A DNA stretch of 64,000 nt from Paracoccaceae bacterium (GCA_011389685.1 JAABTV010000008.1:2823-66822), one strand, 5' to 3'; numbered from the stretch's first letter, positions 49,101 through 59,256 are shown. Notes: generated by a model from the letters alone, not told the origin. A program made the numbers and translations.

Positions 49101-49310
49101 GCGGGTCTGGCGCTGTCGGCGCTGTTGATGCTGGTGGTGACGCCGGTGATCTATGATCTGCTGGCCCGGTTCACCCGCCCGCGCGGCCATATCGAGCGCG
49201 CGCTGGAGCGGGAGCTTGCGGCGCAGGGCGGGCACCCGGAAACGGCGCCGGCGCATGGCGTCGCGCTTTCGGTCCGGGACGGCCCGGATGCGAAAGGCCG
49301 CCCCTCTTAG
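46146..49310 (+). CDS. RND efflux permease (AcrB family)
   Basis: AIGLVVDDAIVVLEN, KNGILIVEFA, RLRPIMMT. Confidence 0.95.
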   Translation: MTLSDISVRRPVLAAVASLLLIVFGLSALRDIPIRELPDVDNAVVTITTTYRGAAPEVIDTDVTETIEGAVASISGIRSISSESRQGRSRVTIEFETGRDIDVAANDVRDAVGRVRAQLPQEADPPDVKKSDADADPVMRLAVTSDGMTTAEITDYVDRFVVDRLATLDGVANIVIYGERSFAVRIWLDRRALAARKLTVADVERALVRNNIELPAGKVTSRDRELTVRLNSRLQSIDDFRDVVLDRVAGYPVRLGDVARVEAGVADDSTIARSDGRDAVGLAVQRQSQSNTLQISNAVRAEIATLRPTLPEGMEIMVGSDDALFVGASIREVVLALMISLGLVVLVILFFLRSLRATLIPAITIPVSLLGSFILIGAWGFSLNTLTLLALLLAIGLVVDDAIVVLENIQRRIEEGETPLVASLKGARQVTFAVLATSVTLIAVFVPLSFMPGQVGRLFIEFGWVMAGTVAISTFVALTACPALASKVLSKGAGAAAPADESGLRGPVQKFYAGVLRRAVRMPLVVIVLGGAVTGGAVLFYDALPRELAPREDRGVGFIPLTAPQGSTLEYTDRAAQQVEEILRPMRDEGVIETVFTFTGWGNRAWRSFVVFRLAPWDEREQSASDVVRRIAPKMGQLTAARGFPVTPAGLGLRGSSTPIRVVVSGPDFDSVKDWANALQERAREIEGLANPEINFEQNLPQLDVRIDRERADDLGISVEVIANTMQTMLASRQATRFMTRGREYPVIVQAEERDRRSPSDIDNIFIRSGDGQSLVPLGALVTVQENAAAPSLRRFDRLPSIQLSGALAPGADLGSVLARVEAAAAEIIPPSGKLGYEGQSRTFKDTSAGAGVVFALSLLIVFLVLSAQFESFVHPVTILLTVPTGVAGAIYAMALGGLSLNVYSQIGIILLIGLVAKNGILIVEFANQLRDQGKSVREAVIVAAALRLRPIMMTVLSTVLGALPLVLATGAGAESRNAIGTVIIAGLALSALLMLVVTPVIYDLLARFTRPRGHIERALERELAAQGGHPETAPAHGVALSVRDGPDAKGRPS

Positions 49311-49389
49311 GGTATCCTGCGCGAGGGTTGCGGGCGGCGTCGGGGCCTCACCGAGGCGAGGGGCAGCGGGGTTTTGCGGGGCGAGCGGC

Positions 49390-51108
49390 TCAGCCCACTT
49401 TTTCTTCACTGTCGATCTGGGGAATTTCGGTGCGTTCTTCCTCGGGCGCGCCGCAGAGCAGGTCGGCCGCGCGATCGGCGGCATCCTGGAAGGGTTCGAG
49501 AACCAGGTCGGCGCCCGAGGCGAACAGTTCTTCGGTGTCCCTGGGATGATGCGAGGCGACGGCGACCCGCCCACGGAAGCCGGTGGCGCGGGTCAACTGG
49601 ATCAGCGTGGTGCGCGTGTCCTCGTGGGTGAGGCCGGTCGGGTGGATCGGAACGGTCGAGACGACCCATTGCGCATGGGAAAGCGGCAGTTCGGCGACGA
49701 ATTCAGGGTCGGTCGCATCGCCGAATTCGGTCTCCAGCCCCATTTCGCGCCAGCGCCGCACGGCCAGCGGGTTGAAATCGACCCCCAGCACCCGGATGCC
49801 GCGTTTCTGCAGGCGAATGCCGATCGCGGTGCCGAAGCGGCCCAGCCCGAAGATGATGACCTTGTAGCTGTCGTGTTGATGCGCCCCAGCCTCGGACGGC
49901 TCGCGCGGGGTGCCCTTGCGTTCGAAAAGGCCGAGCAGAGATTCGAACAGCGCGTAAAGCCGGTGCGAATAGGTGATCATGTATGTCGAGGCCGCGATGG
50001 TCACGAGGCCGACCATGGTCACGAGGCCGAGCGCGTCTTCCTGCACATGGCCGAGCGACACGCCCATGGCGACGAAGATCAGGGAAAACTCGCTGATCTG
50101 CGCCACGGTGAGACCGGCGAGAAAGCCGGTGCGCTTGCGGTAGCCCAGCGCGCCCATGATCGCCAGAACGATGAGCGGGTTGCCGATCAGCACGAAGAGC
50201 GAGAAGATGATGGCGCCGGTCACATGCGCGCCCAGAAGCGACAGGTCGAGCGCCGAGCCGAGCGCGATGAAGAAGAACAGCAGCAGGAAGTCGCGCAGGG
50301 GCGCGAGGCGCGCGGCGATGGTTTCGCGATAGGGTGTCGAGGCGAGCGCGATGCCCGCCAGCAGGCCGCCCACCTCCTTGCCGAGGCCCACGATATCGCC
50401 GATCGCCGCGAACATGGCGGCCATGGCGATGGCGAAGATCACCAGAAGTTCAGGCGCGCGCGCCAGGCGGTCTGTCAGAGGGTTGGCGACGTAACGCACG
50501 AAGAGGATGACAAGCCCCACCATCGCGACGCCCGACACAAGCACCGAAAGCACCGATCCACCGCCATGGCCATCGGCCCCGGCACCGATCCCGATGGCCG
50601 AGAGCACGATCATCGCCAGCACCACGACAAGATCCTGCACGATCAGGAAGCCCAGCGCGATCTGCCCGTGCAGGCTGTCGATTTCGCGTTTGTCCGACAG
50701 CAGTTTCACGATGATGATCGTCGAGGAAAAGGTCAGCGCGACGGCGACATAGAGGCTGGTGACGTGGCCCAGCCCGAGCCCCAGCCCGATCAGGTAGCCG
50801 AAGATCGAGGTGAATGCGACCTGTCCGAGCCCAGTCAGCAGCGCGACCGACCCAAGCGAGCGGATCAACTTCACGTCGAGCTTGATCCCGACGAGGAACA
50901 GAAGCACCGCGATGCCAAGCTGTGAAAGCAGGCTGATCTGCTCGTCCGAATGCACGACATCAAGCGCCGAAGGCCCGGCGATCAGGCCGACCGCGATGAA
51001 GCTTACGATGAGGGGTTGCCTGAGGATGATCCCGAGAAAGCCGATCACGGCGGCCATCACCAGCAACGCGGCGATTTCCGCGAAGGGGGATTGGACGATC
51101 AGTTCCAT
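49390..51108 (-). CDS. CPA2 (Kef-like) cation:proton antiporter with TrkA-N domain
   Basis: LLFLVG, FSST, QISEF, GLGRFG, FGDATD. Confidence 0.9.
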   Translation of the reverse strand: MELIVQSPFAEIAALLVMAAVIGFLGIILRQPLIVSFIAVGLIAGPSALDVVHSDEQISLLSQLGIAVLLFLVGIKLDVKLIRSLGSVALLTGLGQVAFTSIFGYLIGLGLGLGHVTSLYVAVALTFSSTIIIVKLLSDKREIDSLHGQIALGFLIVQDLVVVLAMIVLSAIGIGAGADGHGGGSVLSVLVSGVAMVGLVILFVRYVANPLTDRLARAPELLVIFAIAMAAMFAAIGDIVGLGKEVGGLLAGIALASTPYRETIAARLAPLRDFLLLFFFIALGSALDLSLLGAHVTGAIIFSLFVLIGNPLIVLAIMGALGYRKRTGFLAGLTVAQISEFSLIFVAMGVSLGHVQEDALGLVTMVGLVTIAASTYMITYSHRLYALFESLLGLFERKGTPREPSEAGAHQHDSYKVIIFGLGRFGTAIGIRLQKRGIRVLGVDFNPLAVRRWREMGLETEFGDATDPEFVAELPLSHAQWVVSTVPIHPTGLTHEDTRTTLIQLTRATGFRGRVAVASHHPRDTEELFASGADLVLEPFQDAADRAADLLCGAPEEERTEIPQIDSEEKVG

Positions 51109-51222
51109 CGGTCGATGCGCTCCTGCATTTGCCCTGCGTCACGCGCCAAGTTGTGGCGCGGTCCAGATATCAACCGACCCCGCCCGCGGCAAACCGAAAA
51201 GGCGGGGTATCGCCGGGTTGGT

Positions 51223-54200
51223 TCAGCCTTTGAACACGCGGTAGATCGCGGGGATCACCAGCACCGTGAGCAAGGTCGAGCTGAGCAGCCCGAACAGGAG
51301 CGAGATCGCGAGGCCCTGGAAGATCGGGTCGGGCAGGATCACCCCGGCGCCGATCATCGCGGCGATGGCGGTGAGCAGGATCGGCTTGAACCGGATCGCA
51401 CCTGCGGCGAGCAGCGTGTCGATGAGCGGCGTGTCGGGGCCGCCCTCGTGACGGATGAAATCGACAAGCAGGATCGAGTTGCGCACGATGATGCCCGCCA
51501 GCGCGATGAACCCGATCATCGAGGTGGCCGAAAACGGCGCCGCGAAGAGCCAGTGCCCGACCATGATCCCGAGGAAGGTGAGCGGGATCGGCGTGAGGAT
51601 CACCAGCGGCAGGCGGAAGCTGCCGAATTGCGCCACGACGAGGATGTAGATGCCCAGAAGCGCCACGGCAAAGGCCGCGCCCATGTCGCGGAAGGTGATC
51701 CATGTCACCTCCCATTCACCATCCCAGAGCAGTGTCACGGCGCGGTCGTCCTCGGGCTGGCCATTGAGGCGGATCGTGGGCTTGGTGCCTTCATCCCATT
51801 CCATCGCGTCCAGCGCGTCGGACACGGCGAGCATGCCATAGAGCGGCGCCTCGAAATCGCCGGCGAGTTCGGCCATGACCATTTCGGCATAGCGGCCATT
51901 ATGGCGGAAGATCGGGTGCGAGGCGTGTTCCTCGCGGATCTCGATCACGTCGCCCAGTTCGACCACGCCGCGCGCGCCGGGAAGGACGTTGGCCGGGATC
52001 GGGGTGGAGAGGAACCGTTCGTCAAGCACCCGGTCGGATTTGTCACGCTCGACCTGGATCGGGATCGGGCGGCGGCCGTCCTCGCGGTGGGAATAGCCCA
52101 CGGTCATGCCACCGTTGAGAATGGCGAGCGTGTCGAACACGTCCTGTTCTTGGACCTGGTGGAATTCGAGCTGGTCGGTCGAGATGGTCGCGCGCATCCG
52201 GCGCGGCTGCACCCCGAAACTGTCATCGACGTCGACGATGAAGGGAACCGATTCGAATGCCTCGCGGACCTTGCCCGCCACCTCGCGCCTTGTGTCGGCG
52301 TCGGGGCCGTAGATCTCGGCGAGAAGCGTGGCGATGACCGGCGGGCCGGGCGGCGGCTCCACCGTCTTGAGCGTGGTGCCCTCGGGGATGTCGAGCGCAA
52401 GGATACGCTCGCGGATTTCCAGCGCGATGTCGTGGCTGGAACGGTCGCGGTGGTGCTTGGCGGCGAGGTTGATCTGCACGTCGCCCATCTGGGGCTGGTT
52501 GCGCAGGTAGTAGTGCCGCACCAGCCCGTTGAAATTGAACGGCGCCGCGGAACCTGCGTGGGTCTGGGTCGAGATCACCTCGGGGAGGTGCAGCACCTCG
52601 GCGGCGACGGCCTGTGCCACGGCGTCGGTGGCCTCGACGCTGGCACCTTCGGGCAGGTCGATCACGACCGAGAGCTCGGACTTGTTGTCGAAGGGCAGCA
52701 GCTTGACCGTGACATCCTTGGTATAAAGCAGGCCGAGCGAGCCGAAGGAGGCGGCGGCGGTCACCAGCAGGAAGGTGAGTGCGCGCGCCCGGGTCTTGAG
52801 GAGGGGCTTGGCGACGATCGTGTAGATACGGCCAAGAATGCCGCCATGGTGGCCCTCGGTGTCGTCTTCGGCATGGGCGGACATGTCGGCGGAGCCTGCG
52901 AATTGCACCATCAGCCAGGGGGTGATTATCACCGCGACGAAGAAGGAAAAGATCATCGCGGCGGAGGCATTCGCGGGGATGGGTGACATGTAGGGGCCCA
53001 TCAGCCCGGAAACGAACAGCATCGGCAGCAGGGCCGCAACCACGGTGAGCGTGGCGACGATGGTGGGGTTGCCGACCTCGGCCACGGCGCGGATCGCCTT
53101 TTCGACGCGGGTCGCCTTGTCCTTCATGGCCCAGTGGCGGGCGATGTTCTCGATCACCACGATGGCATCATCGACCAGGATCCCGATCGAGAAGATCAGC
53201 GCGAAGAGCGACACGCGGTTGAGCGTATAGCCCATGATCCAGGCCGAAAAGAGGGTGAGCAGGATGGTGACGGGGATCACCACCGCGACGACGAGGCTCT
53301 CGCGCCAGCCGATGGCGAGCAGCACGAGGAAGACGATGGAAACGGTGGCGAGGCCAAGGTGAAACAGAAGCTCGTTGGCTTTCTCATTGGCGGTTTCGCC
53401 GTAATTGCGGGTGATTTCGAGCGCGATGGTCGAGGGGATCAGGTCGGCTTTGAGCATCTCGACGCGATCGAGGATGTTCTGGGCCACGTCGACCGCGTTG
53501 GCGCCCGCGCGCTTGGCGATGGCCAGCGTCACGGCGGGGGTGCGATGAATGGTGCCGTCGCCGTCCCTGATGACATTCGCCACCAGCTTGTCCGAGGTGT
53601 CGGGCACATAGGAGATGTCGGCCACGTCGCGGACATAGACCGGGCGGTTGTCGCGCGAGGTGAGCAGCAGGTTGCCGATCTCGGCGGGCGCGCTCAGGGT
53701 CTGGCCCGCGACCAGGGCGATCTGTTCGCCCTGATCGCGGATAAATCCGGTCGAGAACGCCTTGTTCGCCATCTGCACCTTGCCGGCGAGCTGTTGCAGC
53801 GTGACGCCATAGAGCGCGAGGCGTTCGGGGTCGGGGGCGATGCGGATCGCCTCGGGGCTGTCGCCGACAAGGTAGGTCAGGCCGACATTGTCGGTCTTGG
53901 ACAGTTCGACCTGCAATTCGCGGGCGATGCGGGTGATGTCATTGGCATTGACCCCGGTTTCGCCGGGTTTCGCCGAAAGGGTGAGCGCGACGATGGCCAC
54001 GTCGTCGATGCCGCGCCCGACGATCAGCGGTTCCTCTATGCCCACGGGGATGCGGTCCATGTTGGCGCGGATCTTGTCATGCACGCGCAGGATCGCCGCA
54101 TCGGACGAGGTGCCGACGAGAAAGCGCGCCGTGACCATGGCGTAATCGTCCATCGACTGGGAATAGACATGTTCGACGCTGTTGATGCCCTGTACGATGG

Positions 54201-54441
54201 TTTCCATCGGTTCGGTCACGAGTTTCACCGCGTCCTCCGCACGCAGGCCTGGGGCCTGGATGTGGATATCGACCAGCGGCACGGAGATCTGCGGCTCTTC
54301 CTCGCGCGGCAGCGAGACCAGCGCGACCAGCCCCACGGCCAGCGCGGCGAGGATCATCAGCGGGGTGAGCGGCGAGCGGATGAAGGCGCGGGTCAGCCCC
54401 CCGGCGATGCCGAGGGGTTTGCTTTCGGGGTGATCGCTCAT
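51223..54441 (-). CDS. RND efflux permease
   Basis: PREEEPQI, GILVDDAIVVIEN, RNSILLVDF, RFKPILLT. Confidence 0.95.
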   Translation of the reverse strand: MSDHPESKPLGIAGGLTRAFIRSPLTPLMILAALAVGLVALVSLPREEEPQISVPLVDIHIQAPGLRAEDAVKLVTEPMETIVQGINSVEHVYSQSMDDYAMVTARFLVGTSSDAAILRVHDKIRANMDRIPVGIEEPLIVGRGIDDVAIVALTLSAKPGETGVNANDITRIARELQVELSKTDNVGLTYLVGDSPEAIRIAPDPERLALYGVTLQQLAGKVQMANKAFSTGFIRDQGEQIALVAGQTLSAPAEIGNLLLTSRDNRPVYVRDVADISYVPDTSDKLVANVIRDGDGTIHRTPAVTLAIAKRAGANAVDVAQNILDRVEMLKADLIPSTIALEITRNYGETANEKANELLFHLGLATVSIVFLVLLAIGWRESLVVAVVIPVTILLTLFSAWIMGYTLNRVSLFALIFSIGILVDDAIVVIENIARHWAMKDKATRVEKAIRAVAEVGNPTIVATLTVVAALLPMLFVSGLMGPYMSPIPANASAAMIFSFFVAVIITPWLMVQFAGSADMSAHAEDDTEGHHGGILGRIYTIVAKPLLKTRARALTFLLVTAAASFGSLGLLYTKDVTVKLLPFDNKSELSVVIDLPEGASVEATDAVAQAVAAEVLHLPEVISTQTHAGSAAPFNFNGLVRHYYLRNQPQMGDVQINLAAKHHRDRSSHDIALEIRERILALDIPEGTTLKTVEPPPGPPVIATLLAEIYGPDADTRREVAGKVREAFESVPFIVDVDDSFGVQPRRMRATISTDQLEFHQVQEQDVFDTLAILNGGMTVGYSHREDGRRPIPIQVERDKSDRVLDERFLSTPIPANVLPGARGVVELGDVIEIREEHASHPIFRHNGRYAEMVMAELAGDFEAPLYGMLAVSDALDAMEWDEGTKPTIRLNGQPEDDRAVTLLWDGEWEVTWITFRDMGAAFAVALLGIYILVVAQFGSFRLPLVILTPIPLTFLGIMVGHWLFAAPFSATSMIGFIALAGIIVRNSILLVDFIRHEGGPDTPLIDTLLAAGAIRFKPILLTAIAAMIGAGVILPDPIFQGLAISLLFGLLSSTLLTVLVIPAIYRVFKG

Positions 54442-54442
54442 C

Positions 54443-55447
54443 TCAATGGCCCTCGCTCGGGGTGTAGGTCACGGGCGCGGAAGGGGTAATGATTTCTCCG
54501 GCTTGAAGCCCCGAGAGCACCTCGACCATGTCGACGCCGTCGATCCGGTGATGCTGGCCGGGGACGATGGTGCGCAGCGCCCTGTGGTCGCCCTGTTGCA
54601 CGGTGACGAAATCGAGCCCCATGCGGGTGGTCACGAGGTCCGCGGGAATCAGCAGGGCACGGGTTTCACCCACCGGAAGGCGCACCAGCACGCGCGCATC
54701 GACATAGCGGGCATCCATGCCCTCGACCTCGACATCGGCGATGACGCGGCCATTCTCGATCTGGGGATAGACCTTGGCGAGACGCCCGGTGCGGGCGGCT
54801 TCATCGTTGCCGATCTGGATGTCGGCGCCTTCTTCGAGGAAGGCGGCGTGGCGTTCGGGCACGGCAAGCCGCAGGAAGAAACCACCGCCGCCGATTCTCG
54901 CCACCGCCTCGCCGGGCATGACGACCGACCCTTGCGTCAGGGGGACGTCGAGCACCCGGCCCGAGATCGGGGCGAGCACGGCGCCCTCGGCCGCTTGCTG
55001 GGCGATTACGCGTTTCTCGGCCTCTGTCGCCTCGATCCGGTTGGTCAGCACATCGACCTGGGTGCGCAGCGCGTCGAGCCGTTGGGCGGTGGTGACGCCG
55101 CGGGCGAGCAGGTCTTCGCCGCGGGTGAGTTCGGTCTGGGCGTTTTCAAGCTGCGAGCGCAGCACGTCGATCTGGGCCTCGACCGAGTCGAGTTGCAGCC
55201 CGAGCTTGGCGTCGTCGATGGTGCCGATCTGCTGGCCCTCGGTCACGTCTGTGCCCTCGGTGACGGTGATCTCGACCAGGGTGCCGCCGATCCGCGCCCG
55301 CGCCGGAACGTTGTCGCGCGCCTCGACCTTGCCGAAGACGGCCTTCCATTCGGTCACGGTGGTCAATCGGGCCGCGTGTTCGGTCTCGGCCGTGGCCAAG
55401 GCGGGCAGTATGAGCGCCAGAATGGAGGCTAAAAGGGTCATGCGCAT
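54443..55447 (-). CDS. RND efflux periplasmic adaptor (MFP)
   Basis: Signal peptide, ARARIGG, coiled coil, VLAPISGRV. Confidence 0.9.
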   Translation of the reverse strand: MRMTLLASILALILPALATAETEHAARLTTVTEWKAVFGKVEARDNVPARARIGGTLVEITVTEGTDVTEGQQIGTIDDAKLGLQLDSVEAQIDVLRSQLENAQTELTRGEDLLARGVTTAQRLDALRTQVDVLTNRIEATEAEKRVIAQQAAEGAVLAPISGRVLDVPLTQGSVVMPGEAVARIGGGGFFLRLAVPERHAAFLEEGADIQIGNDEAARTGRLAKVYPQIENGRVIADVEVEGMDARYVDARVLVRLPVGETRALLIPADLVTTRMGLDFVTVQQGDHRALRTIVPGQHHRIDGVDMVEVLSGLQAGEIITPSAPVTYTPSEGH

Positions 55448-55731
55448 GTGGTTGGTCCCTGAATTTGAGCGTGCCGGAAAACATATGCGAATTTTATTAT
55501 ATATTGCAACCCCGCCCCTGAATTGCTTGACCGGCCGGTCGGTTTTTGGCTATCTACAACGAAGCTGCGCCGATGAAGGAAGCATCCGTGTCGGAAATGG
55601 TGCAAACGTGACTACTGCTTAGCGTTTACAAGCGGTAATGACAACATTATGTATGCTTACTAAATCTTGCGCGGGAGAGGAGCCATGTGCAGGATGCCAG
55701 TCGTGGCGCATACCGGGGGAGAGCGGGCAAC

Positions 55732-56379
55732 ATGCTGACATTTCACGGATACTTCCGAAGCTCATCATCCTATCGGTGCCGGATCGCGTTCAATCTCAAG
55801 GGAATCGACTATGAATTTCGGCCCGTGCACCTGAAAAGCGGTGCGCAGACAGGCGAGGATTTTCGCAGGCTCAACCCGCAAATGCTGGTTCCGGCGCTGG
55901 AAACCGGAGAGGGCGAAGCTCTGATCCAGTCGCTGGCGATCATCGAATGGCTGGACGAGACTCACCCCGAACCGCCGCTGCTGTCGCGTGATCCGATGAT
56001 ACGGGCGCGCGAGCGGGGCTTAGCGCAGGTGATTGCCTGCGAGATTCACCCGCTTCAGAACCTGCGGGTGCTGAAATACCTGACGGATGAACTGGGCGCG
56101 AGCGAGGACCAGAAGAATGCCTGGCTGGCGCGGTGGCTGGGTGACGGGCTGGCCGCCTGCGAGGGGCTGTTGCAAAAACAGGCCGGTGACACGCAGTTCT
56201 GTTTTGGCGATTCGCCGGGTCTGGCCGATATCTGTCTGGTGCCGCAGGTGTTTTCGGCCGAGCGGTTCGATGTCGATATCAGCGAGCTGACCCGTGTGCG
56301 GGAGATTTACGAGGCTTGCGCCGCCTTGCCGGAATTCGAGCGCGCACATCCGAAGAATCAGCCGGATTTCGAAAGCTGA
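55732..56379 (+). CDS. maiA: Maleylacetoacetate/maleylpyruvate isomerase (GST zeta class)
   Basis: YFRSSSSYRCRIA, QSLAIIEWLDE, EIHPLQNLRVL, AHPKNQPD. Confidence 0.9.
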   Translation: MLTFHGYFRSSSSYRCRIAFNLKGIDYEFRPVHLKSGAQTGEDFRRLNPQMLVPALETGEGEALIQSLAIIEWLDETHPEPPLLSRDPMIRARERGLAQVIACEIHPLQNLRVLKYLTDELGASEDQKNAWLARWLGDGLAACEGLLQKQAGDTQFCFGDSPGLADICLVPQVFSAERFDVDISELTRVREIYEACAALPEFERAHPKNQPDFES

Positions 56380-56443
56380 CCGCAAGACGCCGGGCCGGGG
56401 AGGGCCGGGCGGACCAACACCACGCTTACAGGGAGGAGCCAGG

Positions 56444-57481
56444 ATGAGTTACATGACGGGTTTGATGCGCGGGGCGATGGCCGCCGCGATGATCGTGGGC
56501 GGCACGCTGGCCGCGCAGGCGCAGGAGGTGACGCTCAAGCTGCACCAGTTCCTGCCACCGCAGGCCAATGTGCCGAAACTGGTGCTGGATGTCTGGGCCG
56601 ACAAGGTCGAGGCCGACAGCGACGGGCGGATCAGGATCGACCGCTTTCCGGCCATGGCGCTGGGTGGCAAGCCGCCCGAGTTGATCGACCAGGTGACGGA
56701 CGGGGTGGCCGATATCGTCTGGGCGGTCAACGGGTTCACGCCGGGCCGGTTCCCGCGCACCGAGGTGTTCGAGTTGCCCTTCATGGTGAGCGACGCGCGC
56801 GCCGCCTCGTCGGCCTATTGGCAGATGTACGAGACCCATATGCGCGACACGGATTTCCGCGATGTGAAGGTGCTGGGCACCTGGGTTCACGGGCCGGGGA
56901 TGCTGCACACCAAGCGCCCGGTGGAGAAGCCAGCTGACCTCAACGGGATGAAGATTCGCGGTGGATCGCGGATGGTGAACCAGTTGCTCGAGCTTCTGGG
57001 GGCGACGCCGATCGGGATGCCGGTGACGGCGATTCCCGAGGGGCTCTCGAAAGGGGTTCTCGACGGCACCACGATCCCGTGGGAAGTGACCGGCGCGCTC
57101 AAGGTGCCCGAGCTGGTCGAAAACCACACCGAATTCGAGGGGCCGGCGATCTATGACCTGACCTTCGTGATGGCGATGAACAAGGCGAAATACGAGAGCC
57201 TGCCCGACGACCTCAAGGCGGTGATCGACGCCAATTCGGGTCTTGAATTCTCGATCTTCGCGGGTGGCGTGATGCAGGACATGGACGCCCCCGCCCGGCA
57301 GATTGCGGTGGATCGCGGCAACAATATCGTCACGATCAGCGCCGAGGACGCGCAAACCTGGGAAGAGCTGGCCCGCCCGATCTATGAGAACTGGATCGCG
57401 GATGTCGAAGGCAAGGGAATCGACGGGCGGGCGCTGATCGAAGAGGCGCGGGCGCTGATGAATGCCTATGACGGGCAATGA
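56444..57481 (+). CDS. dctP: TRAP substrate-binding protein, paralog 1
   Basis: Signal peptide; LKLHQFLP, TPGRFP..EVFELPF, LNGMKIR. Confidence 0.93.
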   Translation: MSYMTGLMRGAMAAAMIVGGTLAAQAQEVTLKLHQFLPPQANVPKLVLDVWADKVEADSDGRIRIDRFPAMALGGKPPELIDQVTDGVADIVWAVNGFTPGRFPRTEVFELPFMVSDARAASSAYWQMYETHMRDTDFRDVKVLGTWVHGPGMLHTKRPVEKPADLNGMKIRGGSRMVNQLLELLGATPIGMPVTAIPEGLSKGVLDGTTIPWEVTGALKVPELVENHTEFEGPAIYDLTFVMAMNKAKYESLPDDLKAVIDANSGLEFSIFAGGVMQDMDAPARQIAVDRGNNIVTISAEDAQTWEELARPIYENWIADVEGKGIDGRALIEEARALMNAYDGQ

Positions 57482-57490
57482 GAAGTCACT

Positions 57491-57522
57491 ATAATGACGC
57501 GACCAAATAATGACGCGACCAA
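57491..57522. repeat. Perfect 16-bp tandem duplication (ATAATGACGCGACCAA x2)
   Basis: Read directly between the two dctP genes. Confidence 0.9.
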
Positions 57523-57543
57523 CAGACAAGGGGAGATGTCGGA

Positions 57544-58578
57544 ATGATCACGAAACGTAAACTCATGGGCCTTGCGGCCGGAGCGGCGATGGCCGCGGGC
57601 CTGGGAACGGCTGCGATGGCGCAGGAGGTGACGCTGAAGATGCACCAGTTCCTGCCCGCGCAGGCCAATGTGCCAAAGCTGATTCTCGAACCCTGGGCCG
57701 AACGTGTCGAGGAGGCATCGGGCGGCAAGATCAAGATCGATCATTACCCGTCAATGCAACTGGGCGGCAAGCCGCCCGAGCTTTACGGGCAGGTCACGGA
57801 CGGCGTGGCCGATATCACCTGGACCGTGCTGGGCTATACGCCGGGGCGGTTCCCGCAATCGGAAGTGTTCGAGTTGCCCTTCATCATGAGCAATGCCGAG
57901 GATACCAGCCGCGCCTATTGGCAATATGCCGAGGCCAACATGATGGACAGGGACTTCAAGGACGTGAAGGTTCTGGGCGTCTGGGTGCATGGTCCGGGCC
58001 TGATCCACTCCAAGGATCCGATCCGCTCGGTCGATGACCTCAACGGGGTCAAGCTGCGCGCGCCGACACGCGTGGCCAACAAACTTTTCACCGCGTTGGG
58101 TGCAACACCGATCGGCATGCCGGTGCCCGCGGTGCCCGAAGCCCTGTCGAAAGGCGTGATCGGTGCAGCGGTGATCCCGTGGGAAGTGACCGGGGCGCTG
58201 AAAGTGCCCGAACTTGTGAGCAACCACACCGAGTTCGGCGATGAAGCGCTTTACACCACCGCCTTCGTTTTCGCGATGAACAAGCAGAAATACGAGAGCC
58301 TGCCGGACGATCTCAGGGCGGCGATCGACAGCCAGTCCGGCGAGGATTTCTCGGCGCTGGCGGGCAAGCTGATGGCGGGGGCCGATGCGCCGTCGCGCGC
58401 GGCTGCGGTCGAGCGCGGCAACAACATCATCACCCTGAGCGCCGACGAGGTGCAGGAGTGGAAGGACGCTGCCGCCGGGGTCGAGGCCGAGTGGATCGGG
58501 GAAATGGACGAGCTTGGCTTTGACGGGCAGGCGCTGGTCGATCAGGCCAAGGCGCTGATCGCGGAAAACACCAAGTAA
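57544..58578 (+). CDS. dctP: TRAP substrate-binding protein, paralog 2
   Basis: Same motifs as paralog 1 (QEVTLK.HQFLP.QANVPKL, IPWEVTGALKVPELV). Confidence 0.93.
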   Translation: MITKRKLMGLAAGAAMAAGLGTAAMAQEVTLKMHQFLPAQANVPKLILEPWAERVEEASGGKIKIDHYPSMQLGGKPPELYGQVTDGVADITWTVLGYTPGRFPQSEVFELPFIMSNAEDTSRAYWQYAEANMMDRDFKDVKVLGVWVHGPGLIHSKDPIRSVDDLNGVKLRAPTRVANKLFTALGATPIGMPVPAVPEALSKGVIGAAVIPWEVTGALKVPELVSNHTEFGDEALYTTAFVFAMNKQKYESLPDDLRAAIDSQSGEDFSALAGKLMAGADAPSRAAAVERGNNIITLSADEVQEWKDAAAGVEAEWIGEMDELGFDGQALVDQAKALIAENTK

Positions 58579-58590
58579 GACAGGACTTTT

Positions 58591-58621
58591 CGTGGCCGCG
58601 GGCGTGAGGCCCGTGGCCACG
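58591..58621 (+). other. GC-rich stem-loop after the dctP genes (mRNA stabiliser or partial terminator)
   Basis: CGTGGCCGCGGGC / GCCCGTGGCCACG, a 13-bp stem with one G-U pair. Confidence 0.6.
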
Positions 58622-58644
58622 TCTCGCGAAGATGTGGCGCGCGG

Positions 58645-59256
58645 ATGCGCGAATTGTGGGGGCTGGATTTGGCGATACACAGAACCATGCTTGCGCTGGC
58701 CCGGGCAATGGCGGTGCTGGGCGGGACGGTCCTGACCGCGCTGGTCCTGCTGACCTGCGTTTCGGTGCTGGGCCGCGGGATCAACAGTTTTCTGCATTGG
58801 GACCCGATCGAGACCTTCATGCCGGCCGTGTCGGGCTGGCTTCTGGATGCCGGAGTCGGGCCGGTCTGGGGCGATTACGAACTGGTCGAGGCGGGCATCG
58901 CCTTTGCCATCTTCGCCTTTATCCCGCTGTGCCAGATCACGGCGGGGCACGCGACGGTCGACATTTTCACATCGCAACTGCCCAAGCGGGCCAACCGGGT
59001 GATCCAGATGATCGTGGACATCGTGTTCGCGGCCGTCCTGATCCTGATCGCCTGGCGGCTTTACGAAGGCATGATGTCGAAGATGCAATATAACGAGACC
59101 ACGTTTCTGCTTCAGTTTCCGATCTGGTGGTCCTATCTGATCAGCCTGATCGCGGCGGTGCTGGCGGCGCTGGTGGGCGTCTACATGGCGGTGGTGCGGG
59201 TCGCGGAGTTCCTGACCATGCGCACGATCGTGCAGGCCGCGGAGGTGGACCATTGA
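58645..59256 (+). CDS. dctQ: TRAP small permease
   Basis: Four TM segments; GDYELVE, GHATVDIF; start uncertain. Confidence 0.9.
   Translation: MRELWGLDLAIHRTMLALARAMAVLGGTVLTALVLLTCVSVLGRGINSFLHWDPIETFMPAVSGWLLDAGVGPVWGDYELVEAGIAFAIFAFIPLCQITAGHATVDIFTSQLPKRANRVIQMIVDIVFAAVLILIAWRLYEGMMSKMQYNETTFLLQFPIWWSYLISLIAAVLAALVGVYMAVVRVAEFLTMRTIVQAAEVDH

Noticed and set aside
46410-49574. 1054-aa ORF antisense to the RND permease, and similar long antisense ORFs (35059-37854, 8054-9835, 50950-52986, 17807-19522)
   Set aside because: Shadow ORFs expected from high-GC codon bias opposite real genes; Arg/His/Gly-rich with no recognisable motifs
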